A stretch of DNA of 64,000 nucleotides from Podarcis melisellensis (taxonomy: Eukaryota): assembly GCA_964234715.1 (NCBI GenBank), contig OZ174280.1. One strand, written 5' to 3'. The translations under genes were made by a program, and so were the position numbers. Under the pieces are notes generated by a model. The model was not told the origin of the DNA. It made no database searches and worked only from the letters and a program-made list of their open reading frames with translations. This document shows, piece by piece, positions 36,588 through 49,080 of the stretch (the first letter of the stretch is position 1; every line of letters begins with the position of its first letter).

Positions 36588-37163
36588 TCTTCCGGCAATC
36601 TTAATTCCGGCTAGGGATTCATCCAGCCCAGCCTTTCGCATGATGAATTCTGCATAAAAGGCCATAGATTGTTTAATTAGCTAAAGGTCTGGGAGAAGAG
36701 GAGTGTCTTTGCCTGGCCTCTAAATAAACGTAATGAAGGTGCCAGGCGAGTTCAATGTGAAAATGGAGGCTTAGAGATCCCCACCAGAGAACAGCAACCT
36801 CCCCATCTTTCTCTGGAAAAAGAGAATGCCTATTAAACTAGTGGTGATAGCTTGGAAATATGCTCAAAGAGTTCTGCTACAAAAGGAGCCATCAAAATGG
36901 AAGGGGCTGGTTCCATCAGAATATTTTGTAGGCAAAAATTGAAATGAATAAACACACCAAAAGATCCAGGCATTGTACATCTCACGAGCATTAGACACTT
37001 TTCTTATTTGCAGAGCCAACATTTACCATCCCATACTAGCAAACTGATGCAAACCAGTTTTGGTAAGGCCTTCCAGTTACCGTACTTTGCCCACCTACTC
37101 CTGCAGCATAGTTGTGGATCAGAAAGTTTTGTATGTGATAACTGTTTTAAGAACTGAAATGGC

Positions 37164-37850
37164 GAAGTCACATTTTTTCATATGTGGTGGGATTGTAAAA
37201 TAATCAAAAGTTTTGGGGAAATGATTTACAGTGAAATGAAAAGAATGTTTAAGATAGCCTTTGTTAAAAGACCAGAAGCCTTTTTGCTAGGCATTACAGG
37301 TCAAGACTTGCCAAAAGAGCAGAAGAAACTATTTATGTATGCTACAACAGCGGCTAGGATATTACTAGCCCCAAAATGGAAAGACAGCTGGATACCAACT
37401 AAAGAAGGATGGCAAGAAAAACTGATGGAATATGCTAAAATGGCAAAGCTAACTGGAAAACATAAAGACAAGGACAATAGAGACTTTAAAAAAGACTGGG
37501 AACCATTCATGTTGTATTTACAAAAATAAAGAAAAGGACTCACTAGCAGGGTTTGAGTAAACACTTACAACCAACAAAATAAACATAGAAATTAAGATGT
37601 AAGAATGGGAAAATAACAAAGTGTAAGAGGTAATTTGAAAAAAAAATTATGGTATAAAAATATAACAATATTTAAAGAATGCAATATTAAGGTATAACTA
37701 AATAAGCAGGAAAAGTAAATATATAAAGAACCAGAAGGGGAAATTGAGGGAAGTTGGGGGGGATTTGGGGAATTGTATATATTTTTTCTTTTTGAGATAA
37801 TATCATTGTGATGAATATAAAATTGTAAAATTTAATAAATTATTTTTTTA
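37164..37850 (+). mobile_element. L1/Tx1-clade LINE 3' fragment
   Basis: FFHMWWDCK...KRPEAFLLGI...ATTAARILLAPKWK...WQEKLMEYAKMAKLT, followed by an A-rich 3' UTR with AATAAA. Confidence 0.88.
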
Positions 37851-37867
37851 AAAATTGAGATGGCAAC

Positions 37868-37950
37868 CCTATATTCACCTACTTGGGTGTGAGCTCCATT
37901 GAATTCACTGGGACTTACTGTACTTCTGAATAGACATGAATGCATTACGC
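37868..37950. repeat. Old short palindromic MITE-like repeat (related copies at about 20605-20685, 25830-25910, 53155-53240 and 58125-58200)
   Basis: The copies share an imperfect palindrome around ccattgaattcactgggacttac...ttctga. The superfamily is not determinable here. Confidence 0.55.
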
Positions 37951-38844
37951 TCTTTTCTTTGTGTGAAGATGAATGCATTCATAGTTGTTCAGAAGAATTA
38001 AGCAACAATGGTAGTATAAATAGAAGTTTATTTTGCCACAAAAGAAATGCATGCATCTATATTTGATTTCCCAATGCAGCATAAGCAACAAACTGGTGAG
38101 GGAGGTGAGAATGGAATGAGAGGTGAGAATGGAATGAGAAATTGGAGCAGTTAATTTGCTGTTGAACCAAAAACACAAATGTAAGAGCATAAAAGTCCAA
38201 AGGATTCGTATATTTTACTATTGCTCTGCTACAGACATTTTAGCTTTTAAATGCACCAGGCTTTCCCTGTACATAAGACAGCATCAACAACCAATCTGGT
38301 GATTCAATTTGACAGGCAAAATGTGAATACAAAGAACTGGCGCTTGTTACAACACAAAGGATCAACCCAGAGCAATTTTTCTCCCCAACACATTCCACTC
38401 ATGCTTAATTAAGTAAAGTTTGAACCTTTGACACATCTGGGACTGACTCCCATGCTCTGTTGCTACATAATAATCCTCAATTCAAAGAATTTGAACAAAC
38501 ATTGCGTCTCTCAATTTGCCGTGCAATCCTGCAAAAGTCAATGAACGGTTTAACCCAATAGAATTTTTTAAAAAATGTTTCTGACAACTGAAGATGCCAG
38601 TTTCCTACAATGAATGGCTACATAAGGAACCAGTGTTTACATTTCTTTTTTAAAAATCCCCCTTTAAAAAAAATGGTATTGTTTTTGCAGTTTTGTGTTT
38701 GCCACCCTTGGCTCCTTTGGGTGGAACGACAGCTAATCATCATCATCACCATCATCAACAACAACATCATCTGAGCCTTTAGCAACATCTCTAGCAGGAT
38801 CTTCACAGTTAAAACAGAAGCTGCTTAGCCTACCTTTTTCTTTC

Positions 38845-39775
38845 TATCAGAAGACCAAAATTCTTGCTTTTGGGGGAAAAACAAAGTTCAGAAACTGGAA
38901 ACTTCAAGGCCAAAATTTAGAACAAGTCTCGAACTACAAATACTTAGGAATGGCAGTCCAGGCATCAGGATCCAACAAAATTCATATTAACTCAAATAGG
39001 TGTGCCGGAGAAAGATATGCAAATGCTACCCTTACATTTTTTAGAACTCAAGGGGGTTTTTATGTCCCTGTGGCACTAAAATTATATAAAGCCAAAACGT
39101 TGCCACAGCTCCTTTACGGTTCCTTTCTGGGCCCTCTTCTCTCCTCGTTCATTCCCCTTGAAAGAGTGCAATCTAAACTCCTCAGAGCCCTTCTACAAGT
39201 TCCTAGATGTGTTTCAAATGCATGGGTCAGACTAGAAACAGGGAAGATGAAAGTTGAAGCTCATATTAGTCTAACATCAATATATAAGTGGCTGACTCTG
39301 AAACTGCTCCCCCGAGGAATTGCCCCATTGATTCTGGGCGACCAGTTTCAGTCTTGCCGGCAGACAGCAATCTTAAACGCTCTTCAGAAACTGCTCCCTG
39401 CTCCCCAAACCCTCATAACTATGGGTCTGGGCCAAGCTAGATCCATGGTTAGGCAAAGAATCATGGACATAGAGAGACAACAGGACTGTACAAGGGTCCC
39501 TGATTATAAGATCATAGAAAACAGGAGATATGTAGCCGCTCCACCAACATATCTCTATTTCCTCACATCCAGAAAAGCAAGAAGGGCTTTCACTCTTGCT
39601 AGAAGCTTGGCCTTGCCCTCACAGGTTCTGGAAGGCTCCTTTAGAAGAGTCCCATACGCACAGAGACTTTGTGCCTGCCCATTAGGGGAAATAGGAAGCC
39701 CCGACCATATATTTTTTAGATGTGTTTTTTATGTTGAGATTCATAGAGACACCATTGATCCTGTTCCCCACCTGT
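38845..39775 (+). mobile_element. RTE-X-like LINE internal fragment
   Basis: Open frame KTKILAFG...LEQVSNYKYLG...ALKLYKAKTLPQLLYG...RRAFTLARS...QRLCACPLGEIGSPDHIFFRCVFY, collinear with the C-terminal half of the 34413 ORF. No 3' UTR or tail is visible. Confidence 0.88.
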
Positions 39776-42700
39776 GACCTACATGTATGAAACACATGAA
39801 TAGAGCTATTCAATTCATTCCACCAGATTGTCTTCAGGGGCAAGATACCTGAGCTATGAGAGAGCCACTGTTCCATAAGTAGCTCCTGCATGGCTGGGGT
39901 AATAGTCAAATCATCCAACCAAATGAGCAGTGGAATTCTGATTCTGTGCCAAAGGCCCATGGGATCTGCACCCTGCCCATGTGGTTCTTTAATTACATGA
40001 CACCCCTGTTCAAAATAAATTCCCAGGTATACCAAAGGCACAATATCACAATAGCTGTTACACCATTGAGTGTGCTGAGTAAGAGTATTAGAAGACTACA
40101 GTGTTTTGTACCTGCATTTTCCTTAAAGGTCTCTAAAGCAGTTTGAAAGGATACATTTCCTATGTCACACTTCCTATGTCACACTTACCTGTAGTCAGCT
40201 GCAAATTTCTAAATCAAGTATGGAAAACCTCACGCTTCCTAATGTGTGACAGTGCCTGTATGTCACTGTATGTGACAGTGTCAGTATGTCACAGACAGGA
40301 AGTTGATGTGCACCAAGCTACCATTATATACCTGAGCTGCTGCTGTATAATTAAAAGCAACTAGCCATAATCAGGATCCTATAACATTTTGCATGTGAAG
40401 TTTTAATACGGCTACTTTTCTGCAAAAGCAATTGACTGCATTCCTCATCTCTCTACAAACTGATCATCTTCTTTCTTTGCCTTCAATCCTCACAGCTTTT
40501 ACATATCACAAAAATAAGCCCTAGTAGCTGTGTGGTCAGGCCATTTCTTAGGAAGATTTTATGACATGAACATATTTGGCAGGGAAGGGATTATGTTCAA
40601 GATACAAAGCATGAATAACTGAGGAAATATTTTGATGACTGAATAACCCTACCATTTGCAAAATAGGTAAATGCAGAAAACTAAATGATATCAAAGCTCC
40701 GGAAATCATGTGGTTGAAGCTAATCACCACAATGTCTATGTTTGCTTGTAATGTTAAACCACATGGGAAATAGTTGCATAGGGAATCATTCATTATCCCC
40801 TCCAAGGAAAATGAAATCTAATTCCTCATCCGCAGCAACCTAGAGAAATAAGATACTGGCTTAGAATTTGTACATATATGTGGGGCAACAAGGACAAGCC
40901 AGCAGTCCAACTTTAAGGGACTGTTCAAGGTGTAAATGTTCTGCTTCTTTATCTAATAAGAAAAAGCAAAATCCTTTTTCTATGCGTTTAAACCAGCTAG
41001 GCTAGTATGACAGTTTATGCATTATGAAAATGTAGCTGCCATTAAGGAATCATCCTGCATTCAGTTACTAAGCACAAATGATCATTTGGTACAGCAGAGA
41101 CATTACTTGCACATGTATTCCAAATATAATCATTTTATGCTTAACCAAGAATTTCACACTATAATGTCTTCAACAACAAACTTGAATATAAGATGGCAAG
41201 TGGGAAAGTTTTCTTTGGCCTTAACGTGTAATGTCTTATTCTCAATAGATTGTCTGAGGAATATTTGTTTCTGCTACATTGTTCAACACCAAAGACGATG
41301 CTAGTTCCTGTATGAAACTTTCACAGAGTCACACCATTGCTGCTGTTGCTAAAGAAGATGAGATGGGTTGATTCCCTAAATGTAGCGTGCAGCTTGTTGC
41401 TTTAAGAATTGTCAAAGTTTGCTTTCTGTTGGCATACCATTTCATAAAGTGGATTATACTGTCAACCTACAGTTCATTTGTGGATTAGCCAGTTTCTTCC
41501 CATCTATTCATCCCCTTGCTGTGTGTGTGGGTGTGTTTATATGTATATGTATTCCTTCATCAACATACTTCAGCCAAATGTTTTGATTGACAGCAACTCT
41601 TCAAGGTCTCTGTAGATGCCTTCCCTGTTCCAGATACCAGAGATCTGTTAAGCAAATATTGGCAATGGAACTTCTAAACGGGAAGTACTGTGTGCTACAC
41701 CACCAACAAGCTATAACCACCTTCCCTTTCTTTGGGTGTCTTTTCTATCCTACCCTACCCCAAGGATTAGACTATATATTCTTCTCCTTCCCTCCATTCA
41801 ATGAAACTACACACCGAGAGCCAGCAATTTGTCCAAGACCACCTGGTTATCTTGATGGACACCCAGGATTTGAGCCTGGGCAGACCATATTTAAGCCATA
41901 TTTAAATAAATGACAAAATAAAGAAAATGATACAATAATATAATAGCACCAGTAAGCATAGTTCTATCATTTGATTCTGTATGATGATTTGGCAAGCTTA
42001 TAACACCATATGGATCAGGATGAATGTGCAAATATGTCTTTGGTTATAGTTTGTGAGCCTTCAATTATTATTTGTTCAGAAGATTAATTAGATTACATTC
42101 TCAGTTATCTGTCAATGTTTCTTACATATAATTTAATTTCCAGATAATCTTAGTTCTATTGATAATGTCTATTTGGACCATTCAAGGCAGATCTAATCTC
42201 TGAAATTCAAGCTTATTGTGTTTGGCTTATTTTATAAAATGGACACCCCCCCCCCCCGCATTCTCCTTTAGCATGCAGGTACGGATGAGAGAAAACAATT
42301 ATTCTAATATTTATTGGAACAGGAAGCAATTAAGTTTATTAAATGATTACAGTTGAAATGGTAAATAAAGGATTGTGTTGTTCAGGGAATCTACCACAAG
42401 TCAGACCCCATAAATTTGGAACTACAGTCATATAAATACAGGGGAAATCCTACTTGCATTTGTGGAAGTCAGAGCAACATTTCTTTGATGTCTTGCCAAA
42501 GTGTGCCCAAGTCCCCTGGGAGCATTTAATGTAATGTACAGATATTGAATTCAAAAGCCCATTTCTAATGGAGCCTTATTCCATTGCAGCTTGCATCTCT
42601 GTGTTCAAATTAGGCTGTGCTCCATGCAAAAAGAAACAACTAAAGGAATAAATGCAATAAAATAATGTATGAGACGTTATAATAATAAAAAGTTTCTAAG

Positions 42701-43000
42701 TTCATGTAGAAATGTTCTTTAGGCCCTTTGATTTGTCTACAGTTCAAAGTGTGTTATATAGCTGCCCTAAAACTGCTTTGCAAAAAATAGCTCTACTATA
42801 AACTATAGTAAGCTTGTGACATTATTATTGCCATTTGCTTCAGTAATATTTAATGGCAAGTATGATTTTTATTCCCTTTACCCTGAATGTGTATGTGTTT
42901 GTGGGGAGGTGGATAGATGGGTAGTGCACAATGGAAGAACACTGAACTAGAGGGGCAGAGTATAATCTGGACTAGGGTAAGGCAGCTTTCTATGTCTTAT

Positions 43001-43248
43001 TGTGGTGTAGTGGTTAAGAGCAGTAGATTCGTAATCTGGGGAACCGGGTTCGCGTCTCCGCTCCTCCACATGCAGCTGCTGGGTGACCTTGGGCTAGTCA
43101 CACTTCTCTGAAGTCTCTCAGCCCCACTCACCTCACAGAGTGTTTGTTGTGGGGGAGGAAGGGAAAGGAGAATGTTAGCCGCTTTGAGACTCCTTCGGGT
43201 AGTGATAAAGCGGCATATCAAATACAAACTCTTCTTCTTATTATTATT
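43001..43248 (+). mobile_element. tRNA-derived MIR/CORE-type SINE (Squam3/POMSINE-like)
   Basis: A and B boxes, a CORE-like segment, an L2-type end (tgttagccgctttgagactccttcggg) and a (CTT)/(ATT) tail. Confidence 0.9.
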
Positions 43249-43482
43249 GGAACAACATTTTGAAACTGCTGTAGATCTAATCTACAATCATGAAAAAAAT
43301 CACAGAAAAGCTACAACACCAAGGAAATGTTCAGCAGACGTATTAGGGAAGGTTGGTGCCACTGGATATGACAAAGATGATTAATGAAGGACATGTGACC
43401 TTTACTTTTACACAATGGATGCTGTTGGGGAGCGATGGGATTCCAAACAGCCACACCCACTACCTTCATTTCTCAAAGTGCT

Positions 43483-43501
43483 CTGCCTCTAGGGGGCGTT
43501 T
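43483..43501 (+). promoter_or_regulatory. CTCF-like motif
   Basis: ctgCCTCTAGGGGGCGttt, a strong core match with a retained CpG. Confidence 0.5.
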
Positions 43502-44436
43502 CAACCCTGAGAGACACTCTTGGAATTGAAGGTGGCAGGCGCAACTATCTGTAGCATCTCTGCTCCATGTGGCTGAAAGCATGACTCCTGCCCTGTAAAC
43601 AAGAGATAGTTCCAATGTCAGTATCTGCTGCTGTACGCAGTGATGGGCCACCCACTCCCAACAGCGACATCCCCACCACTTGCCTTTCAGAGTTGCCATA
43701 CCTGGATTTATGGCACTCTGTGACCCATAATGGCTGGAATCTGACAAATCGAAAGCTAGCATTCCTTACTGTCTTCCAAAAGCTAGGACTAAATATCCAC
43801 ATAAAGCTAAAACTGGGAGTCAAGGTTCACCACTGTATCCGCAGTATGACCTCTATGTTCTAGAAATAGAAGCATGGTAAATTTGAGACATTCACCTGAC
43901 CATTCCTCATATGGAGTCCATCTTGCCCAATACAGTCTACTCTGAATGGCAATAGTTCTTTAAGGTCTCAGGAGTGTTATGATCCATCTATAGCTGGAAC
44001 CCACAAGATAGGGCAGCACCATGGAAAGCTCCAAGTGGAGGCTTGAGGTGAACTGAGGTATTGTGAGTGCCCTTCATCCATTCTATCCCCCCCCCAAGCT
44101 TCATCTTCAACCCTGAAGAGTGTGAATCTTTAAAAAGCCACCGCATGGCCTGAAGGTGAGTCTTTCCTGTGGCCTCCCACCTGACATATTCTCTGCCCTG
44201 CTGGGCAAATGTAATGGAGTCACTTCTCAGGCCAATGGACCTTGGGAGAAGGCATCTACTAAGGTTTTGATTTGGGCTCTGCAAGCTCCTGATCACTAGC
44301 CACAGGCTTGGTATGAGGAGCTCAGTCTAGCCGACCAGCCCAATGGTACATCAGCCTCAAACTCAGCTGTCTCATTCTCTTCTGTCTCTGAACTTGAAGC
44401 CAAAGTTATTGACTCTAAGGAAACCATCCCATCTTT

Positions 44437-45775
44437 TTTTATTAAATTTTCCAACATACATTTATAGTATCCAATCTAAATTTATCACATATTTTCTCTT
44501 TTAGACTTCCTTCAACCTCTCTGACAATCATCCATTATTCAAACTTTTAAATACGCATTTCCTAATTTTATATTGCATTTTATAAACCGTCACACACTTA
44601 GTTTTCATCAATACAATAGTCCTCTATCATTTACAGAACTTCTTGAAATCCCACTAACGTTATTTGCTCATCACATACACATTTCAGATAGTCTGAAAAT
44701 TTTCCCCAGTCTTCAATGAACTTTTGATCTTGTATATATCTGATCTTTCCTGTTAGTTTGTCCAGTTCAGCATACTCCATCAGTTTCATTCTCCATTCTT
44801 CGAGCGTCGGCAGTTGTTCCTGTTTCCATCTTTGGGCCAATAATATTCTCACTGCTGTTACTGCATATTGGAAAAGTTTATAGTCCATTCTATTTATTTC
44901 ATTTCCTACTATTCTTAAAAGAAAAGCCTCTGGTTTCTTAACAAATGTATATTTCAACATCTTTTTCATCTCATTATATATCATTTCCCAGAAGCCCTTC
45001 ACCTTCTTACAATCCTACCACATATGATAAAATGTTTCTTCTTTTTCTTTACATTTTCAACACTTATTACATGTTTTATACATTTTTGCCAGTTTCACAG
45101 GTGTGATGTGCCATCTATAAATCATTTTCATAACATTTTCCTTTAACGCAGTACATGCCATAAATTTTATGCTTTCATTCCACAGTTTTATCCAATCATT
45201 AAACTGTATATTATAACCCAAATCTCTGGCCCAGTGTATCATAACCGATTTAACTTCCTCATCTTTTGTATACCATTCTAGCAAGATTTTATACATCTTG
45301 GACAAAATTTTATTTTCATTGTTTATTATTTCTATTTGAAATTTCGATTCTTTTTCCTCATAACCTCTTTCTTTTAAGTCCTTTTTAAACATTTCGTTAA
45401 CCTGAAGAAGAAGAATAATGCAACCAATCATACACATACTCTTTCACTTCTTCATAGGATTTCATTTTCCATTTTCCTCCTTCCTTTATAATCAATTCTT
45501 TATATGTAATCCAGTTCCCCCTCATATTGACTTTCTTAAGACTCATAACTTCTAACGGAGATAGCCAGTGGGGAGTTCTTGATTCTAATAAACTTCTATA
45601 TCTCTCCCATATTTCTATGAGAGATCTTCTAAAGATGTGGTTTTCGAAACCTTTATGAATCTTTCTTTTCTCACACCATAGATATGCGTGCCAGCCAAAT
45701 CTGTTATCAAAACCTTCTAAGTCCAATAACTCAGTATTTTTTAACTTTATCCATTCTTTCAACCAGCAGAGACAT
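44437..45775 (-). mobile_element. 5'-truncated L1/Tx1-clade LINE
   Basis: Three consecutive ORFs (45397..45819, 45057..45437, 44631..45002) form a frameshifted ORF2 C-terminus. Perfect 17-bp TSD gaaaccatcccatcttt (44420-44436 and 45776-45792) and a poly(A) end. Confidence 0.93.
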
Positions 45776-46378
45776 GAAACCATCCCATCTTTACTCCATA
45801 AGATCCAGGAAACGGTCAATACCAGAGATGGACCCTAGAACCATTTACATGCAAATCATTAGCAGAGATGATCTAACCAGTTCCACATGAGCTAGGCCGT
45901 CTTCACTGTCCAATACTGTGAGTAATCATTAAAAGGGAGTTGGATAACATTTTGATTCATGGGACGTGGAATTATCTAAAATCTCTGAAAATGGCCAGAA
46001 TAAATACTGGTAGCGAGACAACATGTGACATAGTCGACTTGGAAACAAAGAACCTTAGTCATGGAAACGCAACATGGAAACTCTCCCCATTTGAATACTC
46101 CAAATGCTCTAATTGTGAAATTTAGTGTTCCTTTACTATATCTTCCCTAGTGATAATTAATGATAGAGAATGAGATTTATCATTGCACAGGTTAGAAAGG
46201 CCAACAGTCTTGTCAGGCTTGAATTCATTTTTGGCTACGAGCACAGATTTCAGAACAGTTGGTCAAAACATCCTGATCTTTAAGACACACTTTACTGTTC
46301 TCAGAAGAGACAGTACTTACAAAAAGACTGATGGTAGCGTACAGAACGCTCATGTGAAACAACTCCACTGAAGCTGAT

Positions 46379-46444
46379 TTCTTCTTCTTCTTCTTCTTCT
46401 TCTTCTTCTTCTTCTTCTTCTTCTTCTTCTTCTTCTTCTTCTTC
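46379..46444. repeat. (CTT)n microsatellite
   Basis: Seen directly in the sequence, about 21 units. Confidence 0.98.
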
Positions 46445-46691
46445 CTCTTCTAATGGAGAGTTTTCTGTCTTTCTTGAAAACCTAAGAGCTATGCTGGATC
46501 ATTCCAAATACTATCTAGTCCAGCATACTTTTTCCACAGTGGCCAACCAGATACCTATGGAAGCCCACATGCAGGAGCGGAAGGAGTGCAACATCACTCT
46601 CCCCATTTGCGATTCTCAATAACTGGTACTGTGAGTCATATTGCTTCTAATGCTAAAGGTGATCATGACTAGTAGTCACTGATAGTTTGAT

Positions 46692-46772
46692 CGAACTTCC
46701 AGTAGCACCTTAGAGACCAACTAAGTTTGTTATTGGTATGAGCTTTTGTGTGCATGCACACTTCTTCAGATA
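46692..46772 (-). mobile_element. Penelope pseudo-LTR fragment with a mutated hammerhead
   Basis: The minus strand reads tat CTGAAGA a GTGTG catg CACAC aAAA gctc atacc...ttggtctctaaggtgctactggaag. It is flanked by an 11-bp direct repeat gatagtttgat (46681-46691 and 46769-46779). Confidence 0.75.
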
Positions 46773-47456
46773 GTTTGATGTTTAAAGTGTTCAAGAAAAA
46801 CACACATTATTTTTGTTGTTAAAAAATTATTTATTCATTCATTAAAACCTCTGTCAATTATTATTTCATTTGTTTTTGTTATCCCATTTCATTTTTGTTT
46901 CCCAGTGTTTTCATTAGGATACCCAGCCATTCTGCTTCCTTTAATTTTTGTCTTCTGAGCAACTGGCATGAATTTTCCAAGCATTCTACCTCTCTCTCAA
47001 AGGAAGCACTTGCCAAATGTTAGGCAGATAGGATATAGGGAAATCTTAAATGGCACACAGTCCCAGAGATATCAGACTAAGCATACAATACAAATGAAGG
47101 TTGTGCAATAATTTGAGGTCCAGTTTGGATCTGAAACTCAGAAGGAGTGCTTCATGTTCAGTTTAAAACAAAGCAAGAGGGAACTAAAGTGGCTGGCAGC
47201 AGAGGAACTGGAAAATGAAAGGAGGGAGGTGAGCTGATGAAGGGATAAAATGAAGGGGGAGTCAGTGCTGTAACTCATAGGCGGAATAATGTCTGAGATA
47301 CTTATATGTCCTAACATGTATTCCCCAGGCACGTTTGCCTGAAATTTAGCATCCCTGATAACACTTGCATCTACTTGTCTATAATTTGGCATCCCTGCAA
47401 ATTTCATCCAATTCCTCTTTAAAAAAATGTCAAAGTTCAACATTCACTGTGAAATC

Positions 47457-48346
47457 TTACTTTATCAAAACCTTTATTAGGCATTATGGAAATAAAACCT
47501 TAAAAGAGAAAATAACATATAAAAGCCTTGAAATATATATAAAAAAGGCAGCAGTTTGCTAAGTACATATATATATATACATATAGAGTCAGTGGTATTC
47601 CTTGTTAACCTGCTCCTTGGAGGACTGCTGCCAAAAACTCGGCTACCCCCGCCGTTACCCTTTGGTCAACGTCGGATAGGTAGAATCCCACACATTCACC
47701 TTGCTGCGGTTCCAGACCACCCAAAAGAGGGGACAGCACGCGTTGACGGAGCGTACTGTACAGTGGGCAATGAAGGAGAATATGCTCTACAGTGTCCGGG
47801 ACATTCATAGAGCATCTGCAGAGTCTCTTGTTTCTAGGAATGTTTTGATATCTTCCCCTGACAAATGCTGAGGGAAAAACATTCAAGCGGGCCAGCATAA
47901 AAGCCCTACGTTGGGCTGGGATTATTAGTTTAGTGACGTAATTGGCTCTGCTATCTAAGATATTTAATTCATAGAATATGGGGGAGCAAATTTTGTTTAC
48001 AGCTGCCGTAATATTTTGTCTCTCGACATCCTTTAGTCTAGTTAGGATATTATGGGAAATATATTGCTCATTAGAATTGTACAGGGACTCCAGCTCGACG
48101 CCTAAAGATTCAATCTTTTTTTCGAGGTGCTGATACCATCTTGATTTATAGGAGTCTTTGAGCAAATCAGCGAGCAGACTTGATGGAGGGCAGCGGAAGT
48201 GGCAGCGTAACCAATACTTTATTGAGGTGGACCATGCCCAATATTCCATTGTGTGTATGCCTATTTCTGCACACATTGTTTCATATTTGATCATAGCTGG
48301 GAGTCCAAGAATACGTCTCAGAAAGCTAGAGTGAATCTTTTTCTTT
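47457..48346 (-). mobile_element. 5'-truncated RTE-X-like LINE
   Basis: Open frame FLRRILGLP...RRAFMLARLNVFPSAFVRGRYQNIPRNKRLCRC...DTVEHILLHCPLYSTLR runs to a stop at 47605. Perfect 14-bp TSD ttcactgtgaaatc (47443-47456 and 48347-48360). Confidence 0.92.
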
Positions 48347-48609
48347 TTCACTGTGAAATCAAGGAAATGCAAACAAAGATTTGCTTATCAAAGAAAGCAA
48401 TCCTCTTTTCTCTCTTTCTCTCTTGTGTGTTTTGTTTTGTTGTTTTAGATTATAAGCCTGCAGGTAGGGATTGTCTTGTTTTGTTCATATATGTAAGCCA
48501 TTCTGAGAACCCTTTTGGCTGAAGCTCAGGGTACAAATGCTCCAAGCAAGCAAGCAAATGCCCATGAAGCAAGTGAAGCAAAATGGCTGCTTTATTCCAG
48601 GTGAGTAGC

Positions 48610-49080
48610 AGTTACAGCCCCTCACAGAATGGCCACAATCCCCAGCAGCCAAGATACATGGGCACAGCCAGCCATTGAGACTCTATCTGGCCGGCCACAT
48701 TGCAGGGTTGAATTCCCTGCCATAAACACTGATTTGAACTGGCCAATCAGGGGCCCTCTAGGGGGCAGAGACTCATTGTGGATTGTGGATTGAATTGTGG
48801 ATTGCAGATTGTGGATTGAATACTTCCACTCCAGTCCAACAGCGATGCTTAAAAGCCTACTGCCTGGTGCACCTTCAGTGCAGTCAGCCAAAGAGCAGAC
48901 CCTCCCTACTTCCATTTCATGCTCTTGTAATTTGTTTTGTTTAACCTTGTCTTTGCATTCTAGGTTACTTGTTTCATCATGAGTTTTAACCATTTTCTTC
49001 CTTAGGTTGCTTGTTTAACCATGTTTGCTTCCTAGGTTCCTTGTTTAACCATGTTTTGCTTCCTTATATGATCTGACATT
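48610..49080 (+). mobile_element. Possible solo LTR-like element
   Basis: CCAAT (48743), a CTCF-like motif, TATA-like cttaaaagcc (48849) and short tandem arrays. The termini are not established. Confidence 0.35.
48751..48769 (+). promoter_or_regulatory. CTCF-like motif
   Basis: gggcCCTCTAGGGGGCAga. Confidence 0.45.

Larger units (their letters stand above)
33580..36660 (-). mobile_element. BovB copy B (33580-34106 plus 36601-36660), split by an RTE-X insertion and lacking its 3' end
   Basis: IAGRNINNLRYADDTTL...KVRIVKAMVFPVVMYGSESWTIKK. The BovB sequence resumes after 36600 (ttaattccggctagggattcatccagcccagcctttcgcatgatg). Confidence 0.93.

Noticed and set aside
43001-43075. tRNA-like sequence (also at 9000-9073, 57747-57820 and 1432-1452)
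   Set aside because: These are SINE heads continuous with SINE bodies, with no complete cloverleaf or Pol III terminator.
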